DNA from: Raillietiella orientalis
Lineage: Eukaryota
Reading direction: 5' to 3'
Assembly (NCBI GenBank): GCA_036172245.1
Contig: JAYWIR010000007.1
Coordinates: forward strand, 2,356,001-2,420,000
Length of the DNA: 64,000 nucleotides
Shown: positions 12,200 through 23,949 of the stretch, in pieces
How positions within the stretch are numbered: position 1 is the first letter of the stretch
Layout of the letters: each line of letters starts with the position of its first letter
The notes under the pieces: model-generated
Seen by the model: only the letters and a program-made list of their open reading frames with translations
What the model was told of the DNA's origin: nothing
Databases searched by the model: none
Position numbers and translations under genes: made by a program

Positions 12200-14000
12200 A
12201 TTGCCAAACGGTCCGTGTTTTCCGTTCAGGAGCATGCACCTCGTCAAGGTGGACGTTCCCAGAGTCCTTTTCCTTTCCCAGAGGCTATAAACCGAGCCGC
12301 TTCGGCATTCTCGTTGACCGGTCGGACGGAAACCGGGAGTGCCGCCTCCCGCGGAACCTTCCAGACGCGCGCACCTCTCCAGTGTGGCACCAGGGCGCAC
12401 GTGCGTCGGCAAGGAGGCAGCATCTCTTCCCAAGGAACGGACGAAACAAATGGACGCAGAGTTTCTGGGGCGGCGGACCCCGTCGCAGAGACGGGAACTC
12501 GCCTGTCTCCGCGACCGGTCAACGGGGCTCAGCGTGTGGGCAGTGCGACGCGACGGCTGCATCCAGATATGTGACACACAAGCATGGTCGCATGCTGGAT
12601 GCTGATCTGAGGAGACTCTGGACCGTTCTTCCGGAGGAGCAGGTCTCGTAGGATGCGGACGGCGCAGAGGAAGGGGAAGCTTCCCGCCTTCCGGTTAAGC
12701 GGAGGAGCATGCAACAGGACCACATCCGGAACATCGGCTCGGAGAGACCCGACTGCACGAGTTCCCCCCGTTCCGCGGACGTCACCGTAGAACGGGGGGC
12801 GGGGAAGGGGGAAGAGCGGACTCGCGCTGCCTCTAATGTGAAAACGATGGCAACGGCTGCGGCCGCAGCTCTCCTCTTGCCTGCAGCGGCAGTGCAGGGA
12901 ATGCGGGAAGGTTCCGTACTCCTGGGAGATTTCATCTAGCTGGATGGGGGATGGGAGAGCGACGGTGAGAGTTGAGAGGGTGAGGCAGGGGTGCCGTGGA
13001 GGAGATTCGACGGTCGCCACCTCTGCTTCCCGCTCGATCAAGCGATAGGAAAGACCGAGCTGGCAGCACCCTCTGAGCGATTTCGAGTGTCTCCAGGGAT
13101 CAGGTGGCCGGAGGAAGGGAAGACTGATAGACTGGCGCCGCTTTTCCAGCATTTCTCCCCGACTGGCGTGGGAACTCCTCAATGGCGCGATTGAGGGAGG
13201 TGGGGGGGAGGGAGCACGGCACGGCGCTCGCTCGCTAGTGTTCGCTCCTGGACGGGGCATCGGGAGGGACCATCCCCCCATCCTCCTAGCCAGTTCCGCT
13301 GCCCCTCTTCAGCTTTCCGGCGAGCTCCTGAGACACTGCACCTCCTCGCGCCTCTCCGGCATGCGCGTAGGACCGACCGGATCGCGCCGTATGCATTCCG
13401 TTCCTCCCCCCTGGGAACCCTGCTTTCAAGGAGGGCGTGCAACGCCACTTCCGTGCGGACATTGGGTGCATCAAGGAAGGAAAAAGGGGAGGCCGATCTT
13501 TAGCCCGATGCGTTCTGGCGGGGTAGAGGACGCGAAGAGCCGCTACAGGCGAGCATCCAATCTGTCTAGCATGCACAGAATGCCTCAGGGAAGGAGGAAA
13601 CACGGACGGAAACGGGTGGATAGGTGAGTCGCACTCGACGGCAGCTTGTGTTTCTTTTTCTTTTTTTTTCACCCCGCTGCGAGTCGGGGTGGCTCATCTG
13701 CCTCAAGTCCTCACGCGTTTCTGCTTCACTTCGCCGCTCGAGGCACCGCTGGCTCGCCAGTCCGCCAGGATAGGTCTTTCTGGTCCCGAGAGGACTTGGG
13801 CACCAGCTGAAGCGAAGGCCCGCATCCGTCCGGGTCAGTCGACCACGACAGCGATCCCTTGGGTGTCCGCCACGCTTCGACACGTCGAGAGCGCCCGGGG
13901 CACTTCACGAAGGGGATGCCGGGGATCGGGGGAGCTCACCAGGAAATTTTTGCCCCGGCGGGCCATTTTGCTTTTGGCTTCTCAGGCGTGGGAAGGAGTC
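12200..14000 (-). mobile_element. Two adjacent degenerate LINE fragments (RT start ~13250-14000; APE ~12200-12900)
   Basis: KCPG (~13900), LQLVPKSSRDQKDLSWR (~13810-13760), KAGFPGGR (~13420). Then FHIRG (~12838) and PDVVLLH (~12725). Confidence 0.55.
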
Positions 14001-14399
14001 GTACGAGGCAGGGAGGGTCTTGTCTTAGGGCTTTGTGGGAAAGCCGTTGCTTGGCACCCATCATTATTGGCATTTGGGATGTCAGGCGTTCGTTCTCTAT
14101 CGAGCCATCCAGCTCAGAAAAAAAAAAAAGCGAAGGAGGGGAGGGGATGGGAAAGGGACTCGCCCGATACAGTCAAGGAAAGGAAGAGAGGCACAAGCCG
14201 TGGAAAGAAGAGTGGTTGGCCACGGTGGAACGGCGGGCAAAGAAGGGTAAGACACGTGGAATTCCGAGTGAAGATTGCTGCTGCATGAATGAATGGAATC
14301 TCGTGGGATTTGAGGCAAGGTCGGGAACGCCGGGGAGAGCCTCTGGCTCTTTCTTTTTCTGGGTACAGCCCTGCAAGATGAGGTTGCACGTATCCTCCC

Positions 14400-16700
14400 C
14401 CACGTAAGACAGTCCCGTGCCGAAAGCCTCAATCCACGAAACGCAGCCTTCTGGGGTAGATCAGGATGCTCCCTTCCTTGCCCCATATGGCCCATGTCCC
14501 GCTACGAAAGCAGATCACCTTACTCGTCGGAAGAGGCGCGTCGGACGAGCTCTGCCTCGGAGGTTCCGCCGTACGCGTAAACGCGCGCGCAGCATCGGTC
14601 CGGTTGCTAGGAGGGGCAACGAAGCGCACGCACTGTGTGTGGCCAGCGGAATCGGACCAGGGCTCGGCGAACCTGCCGGTCTTTCGTGGATCACGCGAGA
14701 GCTCTAGGCGGGGCCGTCACACGAGCTTCCGCGCTTTCAGTCATGGAGACTCCGCGGTTGGGAAGAGTCCTGCACGTGCCATACAGGCCACGCCGTCCTG
14801 CTGCAAGAGCTGGTGTGCCTGGTGAAGAGGGATGAGCCGGAGGCCGGAACGCCAGCAGCTTCTTCAGGGGCAAGGGTTGCTCCAATCCTGGTCGAACCCA
14901 TAGGAGGAATCAGAGTTAAGAGTCCTCCTTGATGTGCGGAGGAGGACGTGACACGGCAAGCGCCTGGTTCACTTGCTTCTTGCTCTTCTTTCACTTGAAA
15001 GACATGGTTTTCGAGGGCAGCATCCTGAGGGAGTCGATCATAGCTTGCAGGTTGTCGATGGAGTTCCAGTTGTGACTAAGAGTGGCGCCCTTTTACCTCA
15101 AGAATCATCCGCCCTGGACGGATCCGGGAGGATGATTCTTCAGGTAAAAGGAAGGTCTTTGCGGTGGTCGTGCCTCGCTCCGGATGCGACCCTCTTTGGG
15201 AAGCGTGGGTTTGAAGGGGATGAGGATTCAGGATTACATTCAACAGCGCAGCGTTCCTCCAGGAAAGAAGAGGATGTCGTGGGTTATGGTGCATCCGCGA
15301 CTGATGGCTACTAGCAGAAAGGACGGACCTGGTTTCTTGCGCAGTGTCATGGGGTTAAGAAGGACACAAGGGGCTAAAGCTAGCATCCGCTGTCGAATAA
15401 CTGTTGCCGAAGAAACCAAAAAAGAGAGTAAAGCATGTGCTCGCCCAAGAGCCGGTCTTTCGGCTCTCAGAGTTTTATCCCAGACGTTATCATGAGCGAC
15501 CTCTTTTCTGAGATCTCAGAAAGCGCCGTTCCTTAGGTCCGTGTAGAACGAAGCGCGGAGGGACCGGAAATCTTGTGGGAGATCTGCCCTCATGATCTCC
15601 ACCCGATGGTGGTGGTTCACAGAGGGCGCCAAAGGCGAACGCACTCCAGAGAGGCGGTGCTCGATTCCGGAAGCTGAAGAGCAGGTTGAGGAAGGGGAGG
15701 GTACACGCTGGGTCCTTACTGTTGGAAGAAGGGTGAGCGTGACCAAGTGAGAAGTCCAGGCCATCCTGTGACCGCCGTCAGTGGAGTTGCTTTCGTCCCA
15801 GTGAGCCCGTCCGCTAAAGAATTCCTCTCCAAGAGAAGAACCTACCTAGTTACATTGAGCCAGGACACCACACTGAAGGTCAGTTGCCGAAGCCATCCAG
15901 GAATGTTGCTTTCTTCCCTGCTTTTTATTAGACCAGAGACCTTCGTGTTCCATGAACCACAATCCGGGGTTTTCCTTTCTTTCCTGCTACAGTCGGCAGT
16001 TTGGATCCTCTATTCGAAGTCTGTGGTGCTTCGAAGAAACCAAACCAAGAGTTGCACTCCGCACGACACGCTCGTGCCGATCTTCCCTATTGACTATCCG
16101 ACAAACACCATGGCAGCTGTTGGCGACAGAGGGATGCGTGGAGTTCCTCAATGGTTCTGAGACTCACAGCCGACTTTTCGTCCCCTCGGTTCTTGTCGCT
16201 TCGGGGGTGGCTTCGGTCCCTTGCCCTCGCCATTCCGGGGACCACCAGCTGGAACCCCGGAGTTCATGAGACGTTCCTCCGAGAGACAATGCGCAGCCAG
16301 CGATCACATGGTGAAGTAGTCGGAGGCGTAGTTCCTTAACCTCTGCCAGAGGCAGCTTCAAAGGTGGGAGCGGGAAGGAAAGAAGACTCGATTCGGCTCC
16401 AGCAAGAGTTCCTCCGGGCGATGTACTTTACTAGAAGCGAAAAACTTCCTGCCAGCAAAGGGACAGGAGGGACGTTCCATCGCAGAGCAGACAGTGGATT
16501 GCCCCGGACATGTGATTGGGTTACCGCAGAGCTCTTTTCCCCTGCACCATCGCCGGATCCCTACAAGGGAGGAAGGGATGCAGCAGTAGCAGTAGCTCTC
16601 TGCGCGCATTTCCAGAGGGATGATATGGGCGCGTTCCTTGCTGTTCGCTCCACAGGGCGAACATGAATGAACGAAGAGCGCAATTTGGAGGAACCATTGA
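14400..16700 (-). mobile_element. Degenerate LINE ORF2 fragment
   Basis: SFYTDL (~15545), KKPGP (~15333), FLLP (~15148), HQGG (~14930) in order. Confidence 0.5.
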
Positions 16701-17699
16701 GCGCGCGCTGGCCGCTGATCCCCTAACCAAGGGTTTTTTGGACAAAGGTTCCGGAGGGCCAGTGGCTACTACAGAAGAGACCCGTCATTGCTTGCCCTTT
16801 GTATGGGGCACATTATAGTCAGAAGTCTTCCGAGGTTTTCGGGACGTCCTCGTCGGGGGCTCTCAGCACGGAAGCGCGCTGTCGACCGGGCAACTTCGAT
16901 GCCCATCCTTCCGCCGTGTTCCACTGACTCCATCTTTAAGTTTCTCTTCTCTGGTCTACGCAGGACCCGGGGGCAGGCAATCCTTTCCGTTAGGGCGAGG
17001 TGGTACAACACATTCCGCCACGTCAGAATGCGCCAGCCAGCTTCCGGAGGAACTCGGAGGAGTAGCGGGAGTCAGTGCAGGTAACACTCTTTCGAATTTA
17101 GCATTCTCCTCTGCCACCCCACTGTGTCTCCAGCGTCGCTCCGGTTTGTTTTTCTGTCTGTCTTCTTCCTGCTCCCCTTTCATCTTTGTCCATCTCGTCT
17201 TAGGCACGCTTTGTGCTACGAGGTGTGGTGTCGCGTGCGCAGGCGTCACGCCTAGTAAAGGGTACATGTATTAAACAAAAGGGTGCAACAGCTCCTAAGT
17301 CTGGCAGTGAAAAAGTCGTGAGGGAGGCTGCTGAAGTTCAGAAGAGGCACCATTAAATGAGACAAGAAAAAAAAAACTAAAGAGTAAGGAGGGCTGAGTT
17401 GCACGATCTGTATCTACAAAATGTTGGAGTGGTGCACCGGGACACTAGTATCTTGACCCTGGTCATGTCAAGGCGGGTGGTTTCATGAGCAACAACTTCG
17501 GACGCATAATCACCAAGGAGTTCCGTCTGGCACAAGGATGCCTGGCCAACAGCACGCAGACGTGACGGTGAGCTTGCCTGCTGCTACCCAGGGAACCGGT
17601 TAAGCACGCCTTCTCGGAAAGCACGGAAAAGAAGACCAAGTTGCACGAGCTCCTAGTGAGCATCGTGCATCGCCTCGCCCCCTGTTCTTGTCAACTCCA

Positions 17700-20420
17700 T
17701 ACCTCAGATGCCACCAATCCGGCTGGCACCATGCCTGACGTTGAATATTTGGGGTGGCTGCTTCCCTACTAGCAGCTACAACGGCCCCAAAAACACACGG
17801 GTGGAATCTTGCTTTATGCAGGTGGGCTTTGCATCCAGACCTACTTTTCGGAAGCCAGAGGGGCTAATTCTAATGACTTCAAGGGTCACCCACATCGCGC
17901 CACAGCCGGTGCCACTCTTGCTCCTCCTGCTCCCGCCCTCCGCCTCCGCTTCCGTCCGAACCTCGCGTACGCGCAACCTGGCGGCATCTCCAGGGTTATG
18001 GAGCCGATGCCGAATGTCTTCCACATGGCGAGGTTCACTGCCTGCTGGCTGACAACGGACAGTTCCCTGCCATGCCAGAATGGCAGATGCAGTTCCGTCT
18101 AGGTAACAACGGGGAGCTAGCCGTCATGAAGGAAGTCTCGTCCACCCCCCGGACTGACTGACCAACCTGGGCAAGGTGCCCCAGCTGTCTTCATGGACGT
18201 CGAAGTCTCTGTCCAGCAGCGCCTGTGGGGTGTGGGGAAGACAACTCGAACCTCTTGCCCATCATGAAGCGAACCTTCCAGCACTAACGACACTGACTTC
18301 CACCCGCTGCAGAGGGCCCCCTTCCTGAGTCAGAGAGGGGCATCGAGAACGCACTCCATGTCAGCCAGTACTTGCTGAGGAGCACTCTCGATCACGCTCT
18401 TCGACGTCTACCGGGAGACTGACCTGGACCATGTGTTGGTCGAGAGCATCGCGAGCAGCTACGATATTGTCATACTGACCAAGCCAAGGTCGCGACTGGG
18501 AGTCAAGTCCGCGCTTACCAAGAGATACGAAAGCAACGCAGGTCAAGTGCACGCAGCTCTCCAAGGACTGTTGAGTCTGGGGCGAGAAGCTGCGAGGTCG
18601 ATGTCACGGAGAACTACAAGCCGCCCGAATTACGGGCCTTCTGTCAAAACAACTCCACAAGCTATGGCTTCAAGAACCCTGGGGCTGCCGCAGCATGCCT
18701 TTCCCACTGGAAGGCATGCTGCGGCAGCTCCAGGGTTCAGCAATTAGCAATCATCCTGCCATCCAGAAGGCAACTCAAAACCGAACAACGAGACAGAGTT
18801 ACTTCGACTCATATAATCTGATAGAGCAGGTCCAGAAGCACTTGGTTCACGACCCTACAACTGCGCAAGCGAATGTGTCAGACTGACTCCTCGTCCCCTT
18901 CCCCCCAAAGTAGTAATGGCACGAGAAACCGTGCGACTCATGAAAGCGTGAAGCGTTGGCAGTATGAAATCTTACCAGCCCTCCGCCCCAAAGCACACCC
19001 TAGAAACGTGCACTGGCTCCTGGACCAAAACTGGGTGGAACCGGAAACAGCAATTCTCCCAACAAATGAAGGCGTATGCCGTCTCACCAGCTGCGAGAAA
19101 TCCACGCAGGTAAGTCTGTGACTACGAATCCTCCATCGGCATCTACCTGACCACAGATCACAAAGAAACCATGAAGTCCAGCTCCATCGAGACACTCAAA
19201 AGTCGCATCATCTTTGGCGTCCAGTGAGACGGTTGCGCTGATGTCTTCGATACTCGACATATCATCGTCATGGCAAAGTGAGAGCCCGATAATCGAAGAC
19301 CTTCCATGGAAAATCGGATGGCGGCGCCCCCCTCCCCATTTCTTCCGCTCCCTCCATCCTGGAAGTTCCTGCGCGGAGGAATCATCGCCTTGCTTCACAT
19401 CCGAGCTGCACTGGAACCGTCCCTCAGCCGCAATGGAAGTACGGATGGACGTGTAGGAAGAGCATCCGCATCAGGAGACGCTAACGGCACTCGGAACTGC
19501 CCACCCAGACTCCTCACCTCCTCCCTCTCTGCTTTCTCCCGTGACAGACGCTCGTGGATACATCGCATTTGACCCCTGTCACACCCTGTTCCGTGCACCT
19601 TGCCCTTGCTGCTCCCCGGATCTACAGCTCGGCCGGAAACCCCTCCTCGGAGAATACCGCTACCTGCATGCTCCTGGTGATCAGGAGGATTCGTGAGGCT
19701 AGTCGAAGAAGCGCTTCTCGCATCGCTGGAGGAGTCGACAACCCGGCGTTCGAGTCTCGATAGGATCTGCGGAAGTCGCCTTGTGCCAGCCGCCTCCGGC
19801 AGGACTGCGTGCAACGCGGGCACGGCACACCCGAAGACCAGAGATGGATATTCCACCGAAGACCCGTCTCTCCTTGGTTGCCCTTGCCTCCCGCGTCTCG
19901 GGCGCAGAGCTGCCGAGGAGCCGCTTACGTTCGCTGAGCCGATGGGCACGTTGGCTGCTTGCTGTTGCCTCCGATACTTGGATGCGGACGGACTGCCTCA
20001 GCAGCAGCTCTATGCTTAGATCCCAATCCGCTTTCTCCTGAGATTGAGCTGCTGCTGCTCCCGGTCACGGCTCGAGCTTCACACTTCCTTGGATGGGATG
20101 CTAGACTGCTGTCCAGTTCGTCCAGTGTACAGGCAAGGGACCAACTCTTCGCCTCCTCCATGGAGCTTTCATCCCGACAACTCCCAGGTTCCTTTGCGGC
20201 GCTTCTCCCGTGCTAGACCTCGGAGTCCTAGAAAATACTTCTTTCTTCTGAGCTCCTCTCCCGGAACCTATCTCCAGGTAGATGATGAAGGGTTGCAATG
20301 CCACAGGGACTTCGTCAGGGGAAGAAAGCTCTCGTATCGGAGGGCCGACCGTTGCCAAGCTACTGAGAAGGAGCGACCCAATTCACCGGAAGAGATTGTT
20401 GGTCGAGAGCAAGTCTTGAA
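17700..20420 (+). mobile_element. Degenerate LINE ORF2 (APE plus RT)
   Basis: LTLNIWG (~17735), GRVGR..GD (~19447), GYIAFD (~19556), GFVRLV (~19687), LYA-stop at the YADD position (~20008). Confidence 0.55.
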
Positions 20421-21577
20421 GTAATTACCACTATTGGAAATTTCCGGTTTACGCCAGCAGAGAGGGGAGTGCTCTCTCACCAGCGATAGTGAGCGTGCAA
20501 TTCATGCACACGTGTCCCCAAGAGAAGATAGAAGATATAAAACTCCATCCTCTTTCTTAGTGATACTCGTATGATATCTTCCGCAATGATTCCGGAGAGG
20601 CAGTTTCCCAGGCTATTCATGATGAGCAGATAAGACAGGGGATTCGGGAAAAGTGCGTCTTATCACACAGATCACCAGTCCGTCTGCCTACGTGTGCGCA
20701 CAGTTTTCTTTTTTTTAGCGTTGTCTCATTTGGCACTTGAGCAGTGAAGCACTGTGTCTTTCCTCCAGTGTTCGCCTCGTGTTTTTGAGGAGTTACATCT
20801 TTGCAAGAAAGTGGAATATTATCTTCCCTTTTATCTGTGTGATCCGCAAGAAGTCCAAGAGTGCAATCATTCCTCCTGTATGCATATGGATGCCATGCCG
20901 CGCAGATATGGTACATCACGAAACACTGAACCTTTGAGCTCATTGTTCAAAGCATCAATTATGTAAAAAATAAGTGCACTGTGTTTTGTGATTGGCAACA
21001 TTTGTTACCAAGCCTCTCCTGAACAGAAACCAAATGTCTTTGGCATTGCCATCTTGAATCGATTATACTCTTGCTTAAACTCGTATTATTCTTGAAAATA
21101 GCTAAAGAGGATTGGTTTTAAAAGTGACTAGAAAAAGAAAATAGACGGTTTCTTTGCTTTCTATTTTGTGTTGTGGAGTATGATTCTTACAAATGTACAC
21201 ATTCTGAACAACCTGGCAAAACGTACAAAACTAACACAGAAGTTTGGTTCACACAATAGTTTATAGCCGTGATGATAGGTGGCACCTCGCTGGAGTCGTG
21301 AAACTATTTTCCTGTGTGATTCGCGCCGGTCTAGTGATGGGTATTCTGTTCCACTTTTGCCATGTCCCTCTCAGAAGTATCAAGAAATGGCTTGTGCTTG
21401 TGAAGCAAATGCTTGGTGGACCCCATCACCACTGTCTTATAATTTCTTGCGAGGAGCACATGTGATTCTTATTGTATCTTCCATCCATCGTTTGTAAAAG
21501 ACTTCTCATCATACCACATCAGCATCTCACCAAAAGATTCATTTCCTCCACGAGTCCATGCACAACATCCCAGCCTA

Positions 21578-21600
21578 CTTTCCAGGTCATACCTGGAAAG
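21578..21600. repeat. Perfect inverted repeat, 10-bp arms and 3-nt loop
   Basis: CTTTCCAGGT-CAT-ACCTGGAAAG. Confidence 0.95.
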
Positions 21601-21794
21601 CCATTAGGTAACGCACCTACTGCTCTGTTGCCACGAGAGTTTTCCGTAACATCTCTTGTGCATATACAGCATCGCCCTGCCTATTCCTAACTATTGCTCA
21701 TCGTTGGACTGATCCAATACATTGGCAGTATCTGATCTTGGTCCCCTTTTTGGACATCTTGACTCCTTCTTTCCCCAGTTCGACTTGCAGTGGG

Positions 21795-23001
21795 GTGAAT
21801 TTATCTCATTAAAAACATTCACACTGCAATCCCTCAAACAAAAAAACAATTTTTGCTGCGGTCCATGAGGGTACAACACTACACCGTCCTGGCCGCACAC
21901 TTCACTGTCCGGAGGCAGTGTAGGAAAGTCCAGGATGGGACTCTCCCATATGCTCGGATATTAATTTCCCTTTTTAGGAGTCCACACAGAACGTCCAGGA
22001 CACTGCACACTTGACCTTGGGAAAGTTTTGTTCTCCTTGTGAGAATACTTCTCATGAAGGAGGTCACGATCACTCTTGTGGTGGGGTTGTAGAGGGATAC
22101 TCCGTTTTCACCTTCGAAGAGTCCTCTCAGGATCTCCAGCGTCGACATTTCCTCCGTCCTCTTCATGGTTTTCCAGTTCCGCACGAGGGTGCGACAGGTG
22201 TAGATGTGTAGGTCATCTTCGATGGACCCACACCCTAGGCACTGGTCGTCGACGGGATTTCCGGTCCAGTGCTGAAGCCTTGTGCTACACAGGATGCCTC
22301 CGTAATAAAACATCAGGAGGCGGTCCTGAATATCCAGAGGCAACGAGGATCTCCATAGGACCGTCCCGACTGCCTTTGAGTCGACGGTGGGATTGCCTAA
22401 CCGCGACTTCATTTTTTGCATTGCTTCGGATGGTGGTGTATCCTAGGAACTAAGAATGTTGTTGTTCAGGAGGTTCACCCTGGACCACTGGGAGCATTGA
22501 TCCTGCCAAAGCTCCCTGGCCCTGTAGGTTATCCTCTCCTCGAGCTGTCGTTTACATGCGAGGACTCGTTGTGAGTGGATAACCACGCTGTCGGCTAGTC
22601 TCTCTCATGCCTCCATGGTTGTTTTCCTGGTCTTCGTGATCCATTGTCCTGTTTCCCAAGGGACGCTGATGAACAGCGGGATCACCTTGGTCAGTTCCTT
22701 GTTCCATATCTCCTTACTCCTGGGTATAACTCAGAGTTTCAGGGTCCATATGAGACGTTGGATTAGCGGCCAAGTAGGGTCTACTTTGTCCCAGTCGCCC
22801 GCGGTGAGCACCAAGGCGGACATGAGGCCGTCGCTTCGGTGCCCCAGTCTTGCGAAGGCGCAGTAGAACGCAAACGGCCACTCGTCCCATGCGCTAACCA
22901 TTCGGACCAGATGTTTGAGGTCCTGGAGCTTCACGGCAGTGGTGACAGTGCGCATGCCGGTGCTTCCTTCCGTCCGCGGGAGACACAGGTACTGCAACTT
23001 C
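21795..23001 (-). mobile_element. L1/Tx1-like non-LTR retrotransposon, 5'-truncated ORF2 C-terminus plus 3'UTR
   Basis: KLQYLCLPRTEGSTG (LCLPKxxGGLG-like motif) near 23000-22955. CCHC zf-RVT motif CLGCGSIEDDLHIYTC in ORF 21879-22421. T-rich 3'UTR. One of the least decayed copies. Confidence 0.85.
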
Positions 23002-23068
23002 GTCGGAGGCCTAGTGGTTAAGGCTTCCGCGTGTGGCACCGCGCGTCGCGGGTTCGAATACTCCGGCA
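23002..23068 (+). pseudogene. Degenerate tRNA-like sequence (His GTG-like): tRNA pseudogene or SINE head
   Basis: Acceptor stem GTCGGAG/CTCCGGC plus discriminator A. D-arm GCC-TAGTGGTTAA-GGC (A box). CGCG-TGTGGCAC-CGCG arm with GTG in the loop. B box GGTTCGAATAC. Lacks positions 8-9 and the 3' strand of the T stem, so it is not a functional tRNA. Confidence 0.6.
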
Positions 23069-23419
23069 GAAACTCTGATGCCACTGCGTCGTTGGGTTCC
23101 GAGTTTCTCCCGCAATGGAGCTGGCTGGCCGAGACATTCGGGCGTGGCATCGGCAGTGGATAAAGCCGGAGGCCCTCGATGAAGGCAGGAACAATGGGAA
23201 ATTGACCTTCAGGTCTTCCCAGGAGTAAAGGAGTGGGGAGTTCCCCCTCCGGTCGTATAACGGAGAGCGGACCCCCTCACCGGGGGACCCCTCCGGCTTT
23301 AAGATGGAGCAGGAGTCTTCACGGGCACTTCTCCAGTTGTTCAAAGGAGCGGACTCCCACTGTTGCGTGGGGGACCCTCGGAGTTGTCGCCTCTTCACAG
23401 AGTGCAAGGAAGCAAGCGA

Positions 23420-23700
23420 GAGCGATTCCCTTGCCGGAAGCTGCAGCGCCCCTTCTGAATTTCGGAAGCGTCCCTTTGGGATTCTCTTCAGAGGAGTGAA
23501 CGGGAGCGGTTCCCTTGAGGGTTCCCTTCGGAGAAGATGAAATGGAGCGGTTCCCTTCACCTTCCGGGGGGTCCCTCCGAAGAGAATGAGGAAGGACCTT
23601 CCCCTTCGGAGACAACCAGGGTGGGAGGTGCGATCCCCCCTCCCCAAACGTGAGAGGCGAGCCTTTCTGGATTCATAGGGCGGACCCCTTTCCGGAGTGC
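23420..23700. repeat. Degenerate minisatellite (~41-49 bp period)
   Basis: Recurrent GGAGCGGTTCCCTT (exact at 23503 and 23544) and TCCCTTCGGAGA-like blocks. Confidence 0.7.
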
Positions 23701-23949
23701 CTCCCCTATATTGAAGAATAGCACGTGGAACCGCGGGTGGCGTGGAACAGTGTTGAAGAGCCACGTGCGACGCGAGACACGCGACCGGCTCTTGAGGTAC
23801 TTAGCGTACCAAAAAAAGAAAACCTGAAAAACAATGCTGGAAGGGAAAAGACAGCGAAGACAGAAAAGAACCCAAAAGGATCATCCCATCCCTTTTGCCG
23901 CCCTAAGGTTCCTCTGGACATCTTGACTCCTCCCTCATGCTCTGAGTGA

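Noticed and set aside
21250..21790. Additional LINE C-terminal fragment as a formal feature
   Set aside because: Only a faint WxVxH..C.CG pattern; mentioned as a weak candidate but not supportable as a feature.
23420..23700. CRISPR-like repeat-spacer array
   Set aside because: Repeats are degenerate, the spacers resemble each other, there are no cas genes, and the context is eukaryotic.
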